Below, piece after piece: positions 36,532 to 50,454 of a DNA stretch of 64,000 bases; positions within the stretch are counted from its first letter, which is position 1, and every line of letters starts with the position of its first letter. Location: NCBI GenBank assembly GCA_029953675.1, contig JAMWBK010000008.1:1798001-1862000 (forward strand). The letters are read 5' to 3'. A model generated the notes under the pieces. It was given only the letters and a program-made list of their open reading frames with translations. It searched no databases and was not told the origin of the DNA. The position numbers and the translations under genes are program-made. The stretch comes from Rhodosorus marinus CCMP1338. Taxonomy: Eukaryota; Plantae; Rhodophyta.

Positions 36532-36844
36532 TTTTACGTCTCAAACTGCCAGCTGGGTATTGCCTCAATTACTCCAGATTTCCGGTTTTATTTCCCCCTA
36601 ATTACTCCCTAATTAGGTAATATATCCCAATTCTATCTTGTTTTCTCCTATATCTTCCTTTTCTTTTTTTCTCTCTCCAGCTAACCTGGGAAATATCGAC
36701 CTTGCCCATCGTACTTATACTCTTGCTCCATCGGGATGTGCAATAACTATTAGGATCAAAAGGGTGTTGCAACTCCAGAGATTTTGGCGCAGCCCTAGCA
36801 TAATTTTGCATAGCCGGACATTGCTGGAAGGTGGAGACGTCACA
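36532..36844 (-). repeat. 5' LTR (313 bp), followed in element sense by PBS-like 36517-36528
   Basis: Direct repeat of 32853-33165, with TGGTCTCATCGC 3 nt downstream on the minus strand. Confidence 0.92.
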
Positions 36845-37726
36845 CTGTGCAGGTGATTGACCGTCCTTGAGGAAGGTGATAGGTGAATGAATGCGTTTTG
36901 GGTGGGAGCTTTTGGTGGCGTGTAGATTAGACAAGGTTTATAGACCAGGCAATACTTGTCATGGGGTGGATGAACGCATGTTGGAAGCTCGACTGACTGA
37001 AAGCAGTGAAGATTTGAGTAAAGGACAGCTTTCCACTCTGGTTGGAGATTGTTTTGTTTTGAAAAGCAACGATCGCTTTCCCGTTAGTATTTTAATGGAG
37101 GTCATCACACTCTGTATTATTAGATCTAGTAGAGTAGAGGTATGGGAACGGTTAGGTCTAAACAATCCTACCCACAATAATATTCGAGTACACTCAGCTC
37201 TCTGGAGGTTTGTTCGGTCCTGAACCTTCATCGGTGTTGAGAAGTATACCTCAACGCAGCTTCGCTCAAGAGTCAGTACTGAGCGTGTCAAGAATTGCGT
37301 TCCAAGAGGATAGTTCGACGAGACAAGCCATTACCTCAAGCTCGGCGCGATCAATTGATCAACGCCTGTAAATGGTAGTCCTTCATAAGGTTGCGCCCAC
37401 CGTCCTTTGTGTTGACCTGGTTTCTAGTATCCGCCGTGAGATGAATGCCATCGATTGATCTCAGAAAGGGATTTTCAACAACGCTGAGGATGACAGATGC
37501 GACGGGAGGGACGACGTCTGCAGAGGGAACGTGTTGATCTTTTTTCAGTTGCGGTCAGGTGGGTTACTCCACCTTCGCTAGATATTTCAGCGCGAAGGGA
37601 TCATCCGCTCCGCGCTGCTTTGTTCTTTGTTTCTGTTTTCGCTGGAAAAGATGTCTTGAGTAGGACGACTCTCGTGGATCGCTCTGGGCGGCTTGGCTTC
37701 TGTTTTCTCATTTCTTCTTCGGAAGG

Positions 37727-40700
37727 ATGGAAAACAACGCTAAAATGAGCCGCAGCTCTTCGAGTAGGGTAAAATGTTTCGTAGCTCGCCCCGGGGGACG
37801 ACCTTGCCGGAATGGAACAGTGCGACAGTCACGAATGTGTGCACGGGTACAAGCAAACCTGGCAGGCAGGAATAGACAAGGTACGGATTTCTCTTTCTTT
37901 TCAGTCAGTGAAGCTCTCCGATTTTGTCCTTATGTGGGTCACAAATGCTGAAGCATTTAAATCTTGTCCTGTCTTCTCAGACGGACCACCTGCTAGGCTC
38001 TTTCAAAGCTGGAAGAGCCCCAATTGGGCGTACCAGAGCGCGGTGGCCGAAGCTGAGAATGTCAAACTCGTGCAGGATCGCTCTCTTGAAGAGTTCTCCG
38101 TAAGCTAGAAAACTTAGACCACCGCTTGTGCATTGATTTGCGCACCTATCACAGGGGGCAGAATTTAAGTACAGCGATCTATTTTACAGGTTGAGCTTCT
38201 GTTAATCGCATCAAGCCGGCTGTACACTGCCCTCAGTAAAGTGTCCCTCCAGAGCGTGCGAAAATGGACATTGAGAGGAATGCTTTCATTAACGGTTCTA
38301 TCCTCGGCACTTCTGCTCTGGATCGGCTACTTTCGAGTTCAAGAGAACATCGCCATGTTGACGTTTGGAAGTCTATCCCAAGCGATGAATAGAGAGGTAA
38401 CTTCGGGAAACCCCGTTCCTCATCGCTTCCTGCTGGACCAAACCGCTGTTGCTCTAGTCGAATTTCCTGACAAAGGCTTGCTTCCATGCCGGCATTGGTA
38501 CACTCCAGGTGAACCTTGGAAGGCTACGCAGACTGAGCTTTTTCGGTCTCTGTTTCGGCAAAACGTCCCTCGCGAACTATATTCCAGCGAAAGGTGCTCT
38601 TGGCACATCCTGGGAGGAAGCACAAGGCTTCCCCACAGGTTCCTCTAATCAATGCGCTTGTCGTTCCCACTAGGAGAGATCATGACGAAACCGGACGTGA
38701 GCATAGATTCGATCGACGTTGAAGTTGTCGGGTTCTTCCCATTCCTCTTCAAGGATGAAACCCTCAAAGTTAACCTTAACTTACATCGACCGGTCGTAGC
38801 TCTCAGGCAGTCCTTGGAACCTGATAACCACTTCTGGGATCTCGGGATCCCGTTGACCGGAGCTGACGCTACAGTAAGGCACCAGCTTGCAAAACGGCAA
38901 TGGGCGAGCTCTCGACGACGTTGTTCCTAAAACTCGCTTCTACTCCGGATCCACTTGTGCTATAGCAACGTCGGGAGCGGATCAAGCGGTACCTGACCAA
39001 CGAAATTGTAAGGCCCGGGAAGGTCTCTCTAGACAATGCGAATGTGAAACTCACGCCATCTGGACACTTCGAGTTCGGACATGGACGGGTCACTCAAGAA
39101 CTTAGAGGAGTGCGTGGGGACATCGACTTTGATGCGATGGTGGTTAACGCATCTGCTGAAGGTCTCGTTTCCGACGATGGTGGCAAGATCAACGCGTCAT
39201 GCTTTTGCGATCTTGATAGTCTAGTGTACGCTGCTGGATCCACACTCTTGGCGTGTGTTCGGGCCACGCGCTCTGGCGAAGCTGAGGCTGATTGTACTTC
39301 GCTTTCGTTTATTTCACTTTTCCCGGCGCGTTCTCAACGATCAGTGCCCCTGAGGGAATCACCGTGCAGACGAACGTGAAGATGAGTGGACTAAGCAGCA
39401 GTGCAGCCGCCGGGTTTCTGAATCTTCCATTCCGGGCCACCGAAGGTGTCTGCAACGGAAATCTGAACGTGACCTTTGGAAGGGACTTGATAGTCCCAAA
39501 GGTTGACGGCGATCTCTTCCTAGAGTCGATTAATCTCGTGTTTCATCCGGATCCGAGTAAGTTTTTGAAGCTCCTGGAATCCGTTTCCAGCATGATCTAA
39601 ATACAGTTTCGGATTGCTCGGAAAATAGAAATGCCGCCGCTGAGTGATTGCAGTGGTAGGCTACGATTTGACACGCACGAGGTGTTCTTCGAGAGCCCTA
39701 CTGCAGTCTGCGGTACTATTCCAATGTTTTTTGATGGCTCCATCGACTTTCAGGGAGACTACAAGCTGAGCTCTCAAATCCGTCCAATGGATGTGAACTC
39801 GCTCCTTGACACATTTCAGATGGAAAGGTTCTTCCCAGTAGAGGTTGGTCTCATATGCAATTGGATATGGCATACTAGAGCCTTTGTCTCACCACTTCTC
39901 TTTTGTGGCTTCGTCTTTGCGATTTCACTAGGGAATGTTTGAAGGCCTTCTACAAATGAGAGGACCCTTGGAGGCGCCTATCATGACTGGACGAGCTCAT
40001 TCTACGGTCGAGGACAACATCGTCGACAAAATGGATGTCAGGAATGCGACCGCTGAGATATACTGGGACATCAGCTCGGGAAGGCTGCAGTTTCCAAATA
40101 TCAAGCTAGATCTTCTCGCCGGCGGTGTTGTCACAGGGAACGGAACGCTGTCGTTCGACATGACCAAGTAGGATAAAACGCGACTCCACGACATCGATAC
40201 TCCCAGTGGACTAACGGGAAAAATTTTCGCCGCGTGCCTCATTCCTAAGATTCCAGGGCGAAAGCTCGGCTGAACCACGGGATGCCATACCTGGCGAACC
40301 GGAGGATATTTTCCAGGTGGACCCGTACGCACTGGAGAGGCCCAGTGAAACAATCCTCTTCAATTTTTACGCTAAGAACGTTCCGGTAAGCGTTTCCATA
40401 CAGCTTTGTTGAAGTGAACAATCAATTGGACGATGTAGGAGAGGTCCGTAGTGAAGTTGAGAGGCTTTCCACGGTTGTCCACGCGTTATGGGAGCGAACT
40501 CGTTACCTTCGTGGCTTGTCTGAGAAAGCAGAGGGTTTTTTTTTAAACTGAATCGTAGGGCTGCGAGGTGATGCGAAAGTACGGAGGCAAACAAGGGCTG
40601 AAAGGGCTACGGCTTTTCGGCGATTTGGAGGGAGAGGTGGTTGTTGGTGGCCCGATGAAGGAGGCAGTCGTTGAAGCTAAATGGAAGTCTTCTGGTAGCT

Positions 40701-43700
40701 CGCCTGTAATTTTTTTGAGCTCCAAGGAAGATCAAGAGATGGCTTCACGTAACGCGCCCGCGGATGGTGATTTTCAAGCGCCTGGCAAAGGCGAGTCCTC
40801 CGAGGAAGAATCGCCTCCCCAGGTAAAGGAAGGGTCAAAAGCGATAACGCCGGAAGTCATTTTAGATGACGGACAACCGTTAAACCCAGAAGGCCCAATT
40901 CCGGACACAGAGAAGAAAGAGGACGCTGAACTTGACAAAGAGAAGCAGGCAAAGACCGACGCCGCAGTCCAAACTCTTCCGGAACCTCCCACGCAAGATT
41001 TGAGGAAGACTGATGACAGCGGAAAACCCGTCCAAGGAAATGGTGCAAGCCCGAGTCCTGGAAACGTTCGAGCCGAGAGCGATTCCACCGGCTCGGAGAA
41101 ATCAACAGCCGACGCACACGAGGCGAAGGAGTGGCGCTTGCGAGGAGAAGTTAACACTGACGCCGAAGAGTCGGTCACGGTGAAAGACCCTCGCACAGAG
41201 ATTCTAGCAGCAGATATTGAGGCAGGTTTGCAGCTCTCCCGCAGGCAAGTTGAAAAGAAGCGGCCCAGACCCGAGTTACGCCTCAGGTCCAATCCTCTAG
41301 TCCGCCCCGCGGGTGAGAAGCTACAAGACTCGGAAGTGCACGGGACCGTGTCCATTCTCCTCGGAGATGCTCCAGAGGAGAGGCGGATTCGTGCCAAAAC
41401 GTACGTCACTAACATCGATGGTAGAAGGATACAATGGGAAGACGAGCAAGTACGGGAGACGGTACTGAGGAACGTAAGCAACTCCCGTTATCAAAATGAA
41501 AGAACTCTTTCGAGCGAGCCTGCTACAAATCCTTGCAAGGCAGCGACTAGGCGTTGTTTGCAAGATACAGAGGATAGAAGGAAGCCGCTTCGCTTGGGCC
41601 TAGGGTCCCTTCCGTGTCAGGATTGAACGGCCTTCAGGTTATTTCGAGGTGTTCGCTGACGGTGTTAATCGCCTTCTTTCTTGTCGTTCGAATAGGTTTA
41701 TGACGCTCGAATCGCCGGAATAGGGTACTTCGAAGGGGTCATGCGCTCAACTCTGCTTCCGCATCCGATTGGTCGGAACGGGGAGGTCAGATATCGACAG
41801 CAGCAGATGAAACTTAAGAACATAGACGGCGAGGTTTGGTCGCCAAACCTCAAACTCAACGATTTGCTATTCGAGCGCGGTTTGAAGGGTAGATTTTACC
41901 TCGACGAGGAGTCCATGCAGATCGACTTGAACGAAAAGCTCAAGCCTACGGGGGATCGCTTCAAAATCCACTCCACAACCGCGGGCAAGGGTGCCCTGTA
42001 CATACGGTGGAATGATTCCAACCTCAACGTTACCGCCAACGCCAAATCCCAGTCTATGTTTGCTCGAGTGGAATCGTTTCCCATGCACAACCTCCTCGGA
42101 AGCAACTCCCAAATAGAGGGCGTGTTGCACTCCAACCTGTCATTGAACATGAAGACGCGACGGGGGAACGCTTCAGTTCGTTGGGAGAAGGCCAGAGTTG
42201 GGGACTTGTACCTGGACAATCTTGAAAGTAAGCACTGAGCACTTTCAGCTTTTTCCATACTAGGTTTCGATCATGGCTGTGGCTGATCCACATCTTCACA
42301 TTGACCCTCCCACTTTGGAAATTTTCCAGTGAATGTGTTCTGGGTGAAGGAGTTGGTTTCGCTTGACAAGTGTCTGATTAAGCAGCCAAACTCGGAATAT
42401 CGAGCGTTGGGTGAGCTATCGTTTCCAGGAGGTGACTTTTCGCGAAAACCGGCGTGGAAGGCGCGAATAACAGTTCCAGAAGCGGAGGTGAACGAGTTTG
42501 TTGAGTTGCTTTGCGGGAAGGTTGACAAAGCAGAGGATGCAAAGCAGACCCTGGCGGATTGGAGTGTCCCGAAGCTGGAGATGGAAGACAAGCTGGGCTG
42601 GTTTGAGAACTTTCTGGATGAAGAGACGGAGCACGAGGTTCGCCTTCAGTTTGCCGGTGAAAAGGTGGATATTCCTGAGCCTCTTCCGTACCCCCGTGAC
42701 ATGTTTGGCACGTTTTCTGGTGCGTTCGACATGGAGAGCAACGGTGAACTGTCAGCTACTGGACATCTGGACGGCAAGGACTGGCGAGTTGGACAGCACA
42801 TGATCGGTATGATCTGCACTGGCATTCTCTTATTGAAATTTTTCCTACCAGAGCTACGTATCTCCTTCTCAGCGATTCTCGCCTTCTTGGGTACTTCTGC
42901 TCTGTTCCTGTGGCCGACTGCGAAACAGGAACCGTTAGCGCACGGGCAAGTCTTAAGGATGGAATGTACAATGTCAAGAATGTGGACATCACTGGGGAAG
43001 AAGGCTTGAGCTTCCATGCACACGGGCAACTAGGCACACAAGACGATAAAGACTCCGTCACAATGGAGGTTGATGCTGAGAACATCCCCTCCCAGTCGTT
43101 TCTTCAGCACGTGAAACACCGATTCAATCTCGATGCCAATCTCAACTTCAAGGGCGTCATGCAGGGAACAATCTACGAACCGGAGGTTGTCTGCGAATTC
43201 AGCATTCCGGAAGGCATCATCAATGACAAAGCGATAGAATCCACCAAAGGATCGTTTTCCTACAGGTCAGATATCCGTTCCAAAAAGTCCGTGCTCATCT
43301 TCTTTTCGCTCAAGCCCGTGCGCCTTCTCTCATCTGCGGGCTACTGCCGAAATGATATAGGAACGTACGAGCTGATGTGAAGCTAGACGGAAAAGTCTTT
43401 GACGTGTCAGAGTTGAAGAAGCCCAAATATCGCCGTCGGGAGGAAAAGCTAAACCTGGAGGCCTCAGTGCCGTACCGAATGCCTCCGATCGAAGTACCTG
43501 GGAGAAATGGCTCCAGGAAATGGACTCCAGACCAGCTGCAACAACCACTTCCAACTGACTACATCACCGTCGACGGACAGGTATACTGGAAGCAACGTCC
43601 GACTCCCCGTTGAAAATCTGTTTACTTAGTAGCAATTCGACTGTTTCCTCGTGTTATAGTTGAAGAAGCACGGACTTCTAGTGATGAACTTGCTTGCACC

Positions 43701-45532
43701 AGATCTCACTTGGACAGCAGGAAACTCCGACCTCAAGTTGAAGGTCAGGGGGACACTAGGCGAGCCAAAAATTGATGGATATGGGAACGTGTCTGATGGG
43801 GAGGTACGATCAAGCAACTCGTTAACGCTGGTGTGCTAATGGCTCCCTTCTTCGCCACTAACCACGTATCGGACTTGTCCTAATGCGCTTGACAACCAGC
43901 TATGGCCTGAGTTTTTGGAAGACCCGTTGAGGAGGGTGAGGTTCGAGGTGGTGATTAACCGCGGGCAAGTCGTGTCTGTGAATGGGTTCTCCGGAAGCTA
44001 CAACGGGAGACCCCTGACTATCTACGGAGAATTGCCGCTTATCGATCCGAGTATAAAGATCGGGACTCCGTTGACGCTTAACTCCGCAGAAGTCATGTTG
44101 AACGTGAGGGAATACTACTTTGGTAGGGGTATGAGCAATGATAGGAACCATATTGTGGTGTGCGACTGAATGGAGATCGTGATGTCCGACTCGATAGGTA
44201 AAGCCTCCGGTAAGGTCTCCCTCGCAGGATCTGCCAAGGTCCCGACGCTGTCCGGGAGGGTTGTACTTCGAGAAGGCGTTGTGTATGTACAAAATTACGT
44301 TCAAAATTCAGAAACCACTGATGGAAAGACGGGAGAACAGGAAGGTCAAGTTGTGGAGGTTGGACCGGCACTGGGACTGAACGGAGTCGATGTCAAGTTC
44401 CAAAACGATCTTTCAGTACGTGATAGCGTGTTGTTTCGTGGGCTCCACGACCGTCGAATCCACTTTCTTATCTTGAACTCGGTTATGATTAGGTCGTGTT
44501 CCCATACGTTATGAACGTTGGAGTCGAAGGAGGAATCAAACTCAATGGAGACTCATCCACACCTATGCCTACTGGCCGCGTCGACCTTACGGATGGAACG
44601 ATCAACCTCGTTACAACGAGGCTTAAGGTTAGCAATGACGCTTTTCTAGCAGTGGTGCTAAAGTTTCTGACTTCTGCTGTTGTGTTCTTGATGATAGGTG
44701 AAGCGAGACTCGAACAATTATGCAGTGTTCAGCGGAGACCTCATGCCACTGGTTGAGTTCACCCTGGAAAATCAAGGTTTGACCATGCATGTGCGACAGA
44801 CGAGGGCTGATAAGTGGTCAAGCGCCTTGGAAGTTAAGGACAAGTCAAGCGACAATTCTCTGGATGAAAGGCATTGGATTGGTGTCGTGGCGGATAGGTT
44901 GGATCTAGATCCTGACTAGCTCGCGGAGTTTGCATGAGGGATGACTTCATTCTGAATCAAGAGCGCTATTTCGGTTGTGCTTTCAGGCTTCGTGGAATGA
45001 GTAGCTCTGAGAGGCTTGGCGAATCCATTCCAGATTTCGCTACAAAGACGTTTGTTACGAACTACAGCCTGGCGGGTGAACTAGGAGATGCAAGATGGAG
45101 ACTCTACCCATCTATTGGAGACGTTGTCCATCCCCGAGGAGCCGTGCGGCTGGAGGTTTGTGTCCTTACGTCCTTCGCCTAGGCCGACGACGATTATTGA
45201 GCAGGGAAAAGCTTTTCGTTTGTCGCCCTCTCTGCTTGTTAGGAACTTGGCGTAGCCGCCGTCGTTGAGCAGGACGAGGCAAAACTGAATTTCAGCGCGT
45301 CGCTGAACGGTTTCGCAAAGGGTGTGATCTCTTTTCGGCCCACGGACGTCTTGTCCCTGAACATGCAGGTGACACCAAACGAGTAAGTAACCGTTTCAAA
45401 ACAAAGACGGGAAACATCGTTATACGAACAACTTTTTCCTGGCGAACGCTAAAGATTTGGTTTTGGTTGTGTTTCTGAAGGACAACCGCACAACTTGAGA
45501 TCAACTACAAAGGTGACCGGAAGCGAGACTAG
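37727..45532 (+). CDS. TIC236: TIC236 / TamB-like plastid inner-envelope protein (DUF490 C-terminus), many exons
   Basis: Transit-like N-terminus and one TM segment near the N-terminus. PPLSDCSGRLRF..MDVNSLLDTFQM..LQMRGPLEAPIMTG and FPYVMNVGVEGGIKLNG..DGTINLVTTRLK.KRDSNNYAVF align by memory to plant TIC236. TAG at 45532. Exon structure at 38480-39050 is unresolved. Confidence 0.82.
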
Positions 45533-45599
45533 ACCCTAACTGTATTTTACTGGACAGATGACCCCCTTCATGAAGTGGATGAATCTTTAGTAATAACAA

Positions 45600-46430
45600 T
45601 TCAATTTTCAACGAGAAGAACTTTTTAGCGAGTACTAAGGCACCGATCGTCTCGTCCCATCCTGACCAGGAGGCAATGACAGGTCTAGCTGCCCAAGCCT
45701 AGATCAAGACTGATCATCTCCTGGAATGTGAATTCTCCCGACCCTAACAGGGCAGTCCTAGCCAAGCAAGCAGCGAGGGTCATTGGACCGCCATCCGGAG
45801 CCTCAGGAGTGACCTGACGTTTTAATCAGAGGAACCTCTCCAACACCTTCCTTAAGTAATCAACAAGCTTCAATTGGCACCAGCGCACATTCACGGCCAA
45901 TAAGCTGTTGCCACTAACCCGACAGCGGCCCTAGAACATTACATGCAAAAATCACTGTCCCACCTGTAGTCTCCGCTGTCCCATTTCCGTCGAAGAATAT
46001 CTCATTTCAAACATCTCCGTTGGGACAGTGCCGACACGCTTTTCCTTCAGCAACAGCCATTAAACGTGAACGGAGAAACTGGGGAAGAGAACGGACGAGT
46101 GAGTATAATTGAGAGCTTCCTGCATGAACCAGTACAAATAATTGGTTCATTCGCAAAGATTCTAGCTCCCTTACTAGCGCCCACCGAATGTGACTATCAA
46201 GGGGACTGGGAATTTCAATAAGCAAACCCTTGCCAGGCTGATTATGAGCAACCGTGAAGCTTTTTCGACTAGAAAACATTCCTAGATGCATCAACTAGGC
46301 AGAACCTTCGATACTGTACAAGCTCGTGACCTTTCTGAAGACTAAAACTTTCCCGTCTTTGCGTTTTGCAATTCTCGCTTTCGGTGCGCATCGACAGTCT
46401 TGGTTTGTGTCTTTGCAGCTTGGTGCTCAT
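45600..46430 (-). CDS. Possible small hypothetical gene head-to-head with PRPP synthetase
   Basis: ORF 46007-46294 is protein-like (LLIEIPSPLDSHIRWALVRELESL...). No consistent splice model. Confidence 0.25.
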
Positions 46431-46563
46431 CTACTTAAAGAACTGGCAAAGCTCTGTAAAGAGATATCCCATAAGGCTTTGGTTTCTGACATGAATGCTG
46501 CGGAGGGGAGGGGGGGAAGGATAACGAACCATCTGCATTCTCGAATCGTTGAGCAGATGGTCG

Positions 46564-48254
46564 ATGGCGTTCGTGACGAATTTTTTGTCGGGACGCAATG
46601 AGCTGCTGACCGGAGAGAGGACAGTTTCTCGTCGGCAATTTGGTTGTGGAAATGTCGCCTCGAAGCCGCTGCGGGTGTTCATGGTGGCTCCTACGAAGAA
46701 GACCAGCAATGAGAAAGGTAGCGGAGCTGAGGAGGGGATGGAAGAGTCAAGCATTACTCAACGGGCTCTGTCTTTCGGCTCTCGTCACCTCCGTATCTTC
46801 GGTGGAACAGCGTGCCCGAAACTGGCAAGCGATGTAGCGAGGTATCTCGGCTTCGATGGCCCTCATGGGATGATTGTAAAGCGATTTGCCGATGATGAGG
46901 TACCTTTCTGTCCTTACTCTCATCTAGGCACTCAGGTTTTGTTGCGGCTGAGCAGGTCGATATCTGGCTTGTTTTACTCTGGTTGTTTTCGAACAGGTCT
47001 ACGTTAGAATCACAGAAAGTATCAGAGGATGTGACGTTTTCCTGATTCAGAGCACGTGTAGTCCCGTCAACGACTCACTTATGGAGCTACTTCTCATGAT
47101 CGATGCATGTAGAAGAGCTCACGCCGCTCAGATAACAGCAGTTGTTCCCTACTATGGATGTAAGACAAGGCAATCGATTCCCTTCCTGATAGCAGTCTCA
47201 CAACAGAGTTTCCCCACGCCCATGTGGTTTGTCTTTGAAACGCTCGAGTAGACGCACGTGCTGATCGTCTAGTCGAGAAACGAGAGGCCCTGGGCTCCAA
47301 ACTATGTGCGAACTTGATAACTCGAGCTGGAGCAGATCGAGTGATCGTTATGGATATTCACTCTCCTCAGTCCTGTGGATTCTTTGACATCCCACTTGAT
47401 CATATCCATGGCTCTGCTGTACTTGCTGGATACTTGAAAGAGAACCAGGTAGGCGTCGCTGATATACGAGTGCCATTCCGGGCTCCACTGACTGATTGGT
47501 ATTGATTGTCTTCTATGGCAGATGCCCATGGATGATTTGGTTATCGTATCACCAGATATTGGAGGGGTAAAACGTGCTCGGTACTTTGCGAAGGAGTTGA
47601 ATGACTCTTCGCTCGCAATCATCGATAAACGCCGCCCCGCGTCGAATGTATCTGAGGTCATGAACCTCATCGGCGATGTTCAAGGTTGTTATTTGCATGC
47701 CTTGCTCTTCCGATTCTGGGTTGTCCGGCTCGTCTTTGCTATCAGCTACCGGCGGCTCTAGCTTGTGAACAATCTGGAAGATGTGAATATTGGAAACGGC
47801 GAGCGCCACGGCCGATTTGGAGGTCTGAAAGGCTGGTTGCTCTTTGCTCTTGACTCAACAGGGAAAACTGCGGTTGTCGTAGATGATATGATCGACACAG
47901 CAGGGACGATTTGCCAGTGTTGCGATGTTCTACTTGAAAACGGAGCAAAGCGGGTATTCGCTATGGCAACTCATCCCTTGCTCTCTGGGCCTGCTCGGGA
48001 TCGCCTCGCGAACAGTGGGTTTGAACAGGTGCGGAGGGGAAAGAAAAATATCAGGCCCTGATCGTACTACTCAACTCAAAAGCCTGAGGACGCCCTTCCT
48101 CATTCCGTTCTGTTCTGCGCAAAAGGTTATCGTGACTGATACAATCCCAATCCCTGCTGATCGTACATTCCCGCAACTTCGAATACTTTCCATCGCACAG
48201 ACGGTTGGCGAGACCATTTGGAGAAATCATTCGGACTTTGCCGTGAGCTACTAG
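46564..48254 (+). CDS. PRS: Ribose-phosphate pyrophosphokinase (PRPP synthetase), plastid-targeted, ~7 exons
   Basis: MAFVTNF transit start. [61 protein letters not shown] and VIVTDTIP motifs. Confidence 0.96.
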
Positions 48255-48637
48255 AAAGTCACAGGAAAGTCATAAAACTTCGGAACAAGCTCAATCCTTA
48301 ACCTTTTTCTGCCCCCGAGCAACTCGAGCACAGAGCTCCCCAAAAGCGTCGCCACGTTCTGCACCCCGAACATGCTATCCTGTTTTTGGTGCTCCTCTCT
48401 CTCACCTTTTCCGAAAATTTGTCACGATCTAGGCACCCTGAACTGTTCACGTGGAAGGACATGATCTGGACGAATCTATAACCTATGACCTTTAGACCTG
48501 ATGCCTCTTAATACCTAATAAGTACAACAAGAAAGAAAACCCCTACACCGCTGATGGAAATACTCGAGCAGGCAAACGCTCTCCTAGGAGTTCCTCAATG
48601 GCCTTCCACAAGCAACTCCAAAAACTCTCCGTGCAGC

Positions 48638-50454
48638 CTATTCTGCCTCCTCTTTCTTCATGCGGTCTACCAAGGACTCTTGCGATTGGCGCTCAAACTT
48701 AACGATCTTCATGAGTTCTCCCCTGAAAGCGCTCACAGCCAACGCGTTCCCGAGCAGGAACGGGACCTAGTTTAAGGGCAATAAGCAGAAAACGTCTGAG
48801 CAAAGGAAGTGAAGAAAGGGCTGCTAGAGGGATGCTTCGGCGACTCCTCCGATACTTACTAGATACAAGAGTGCGGGCTGCGGACTATGACTGACCGCAT
48901 TTACGACGAAGCACGTAAAAAGCCCAGCGACGTACGCAACCATTGAGGAGCCAAAGTACGGTCCGTTACGGACTTGGCATACTTCTCGATCGTCCTCAAA
49001 AACTAGCTCTTTATCCACAAATGCCATCATTGCGACAAAAATTCCCGGTACGACAACGTCTCCGAGTCCCAGAATGGCAAACGGGTAGCTCTGGACACCA
49101 GTTGCTCTGTTTGAGTTTTACGGAGATGCGCGATTTAGCTAGATTCAGTTTGGATGGCGCCTGACCCCCATACTTACCCAGGGACAGTTTCCCTTGGAAA
49201 CAAGAACTTTGCTGGTGCCTCGATGCTCGTTGCTACTGAGACCATGACGTCGGTGCCAAACACGAAGAACACATCGTAAAGTAGCAGGCCCGAGAGCAAG
49301 GCTGCAGCGCTCCAAAGAGATTTCGGCTTGAGAAGCGAAATACATCTCACAGCGAGTCCAAACCCAATGAGGTTACTCGCCATGAATGTTGTCGCACCAC
49401 TGCCAAACAAATACGTTCCGCTGATTGCAGCCGAAATCACGGCCGTTGTAACGTTTTTCGGCGAACTCCACGGCTCCACATCCTCCTCACATCCGTCCTC
49501 CCCAACGGCTATCCGATTCCGAACAAAGTAGGAAACAATTGAGATGATCAGCTTGGAATCCAAGATCACTCGTTCGAGCTCTCCAAATCCGAGTTGTGAC
49601 AACAGAGAAAAGGCGGATAACCTTTCTCGTGCTCATAGCTGTTCACTAAATACCAGGATGCGCGCTCTGGAACCCCTCTCGGGTGTAGAGGAGCTGGAGC
49701 CTACACCAATGAGAACGACAGCGGTCTAGCTCAAAATAGGAGGACCAGCTCCGGGCGCGGAGCGTGGTGAAACAAGCTCACCCTTCGTTACCGGCTGCAC
49801 GGGAAACACTTTGGTGTATAAATTAAAAAAGATCGGGTCCAGTGTTTCCTTCAAGCAGATCCCTCCGAAGACGACGGAAGCGTATTTGAAAATTTGGCCA
49901 ACATCAATGCTCGTGTATCGGAGGAGAAAGTACATCCCAGCAAGGAACACTCCGGAGACTATGGGGGCAAGGAAGGCCTGCTTCGGGGAGAGATCATCGA
50001 CTGGAAGCTCCGTGAGGTTTCTGTTTTAGAGGGATTTGCGGAAACCACATCAGACTGCTGTGAAGGATTTGGTTGTTACTGGTTGATCGACCGCTTACCG
50101 CTTGGAACCTGCATATAGGGCTGAGGCACCGACGAGGAAAAAATACAAGGCATCCGAGAAGTTCGTTTTCCCGATTATTGGAAGAATCTGCGCTGTTCCT
50201 CCAACAAGAAAAGCAGGCCAAGCATACCCGACTGATTTTGCCGGCAGCTCAAGCTCACTCTGCGGCGGAGTCCCATTCCCGCTTGCCTTCTCCTCAACAG
50301 ACAACCTCCCAAGCTTCTCAACATCTACACTTTGCTCCTCCTCCTTCCTCACCGTCCCTCTCTCTACCCCACTCATCCGCCATTTTCCAACCTTGCATCT
50401 ATTTACTCCAACCCTTCTACCTAAAACCAAACCAGGTGTACTCAAAAACGCCAT
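48638..50454 (-). CDS. SPPL: Signal peptide peptidase-like intramembrane aspartic protease (A22B) with a transit-peptide-like N-terminus
   Basis: LLYDVFFVF (YD), LLGLGDIVVPG (GxGD) and QPALLYLVP (PAL) motifs. Starts MAFLSTPG, TAG at 48638, several GT-AG introns. Confidence 0.92.

Larger units (their letters stand above)
32853..36844 (-). mobile_element. Non-autonomous Ty3/Gypsy (chromovirus-type) LTR retrotransposon with internal foldback
   Basis: Two 313-bp LTRs (32853-33165, 36532-36844) flanked by the 5-bp TSD CTGTG (32848-32852, 36845-36849). PBS-like TGGTCTCATCGC lies 3 nt inside the 5' LTR, and a chromodomain precedes the 3' LTR. Gag, RNase H end and integrase fragments are present; no RT or protease seen. 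Confidence 0.92.
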
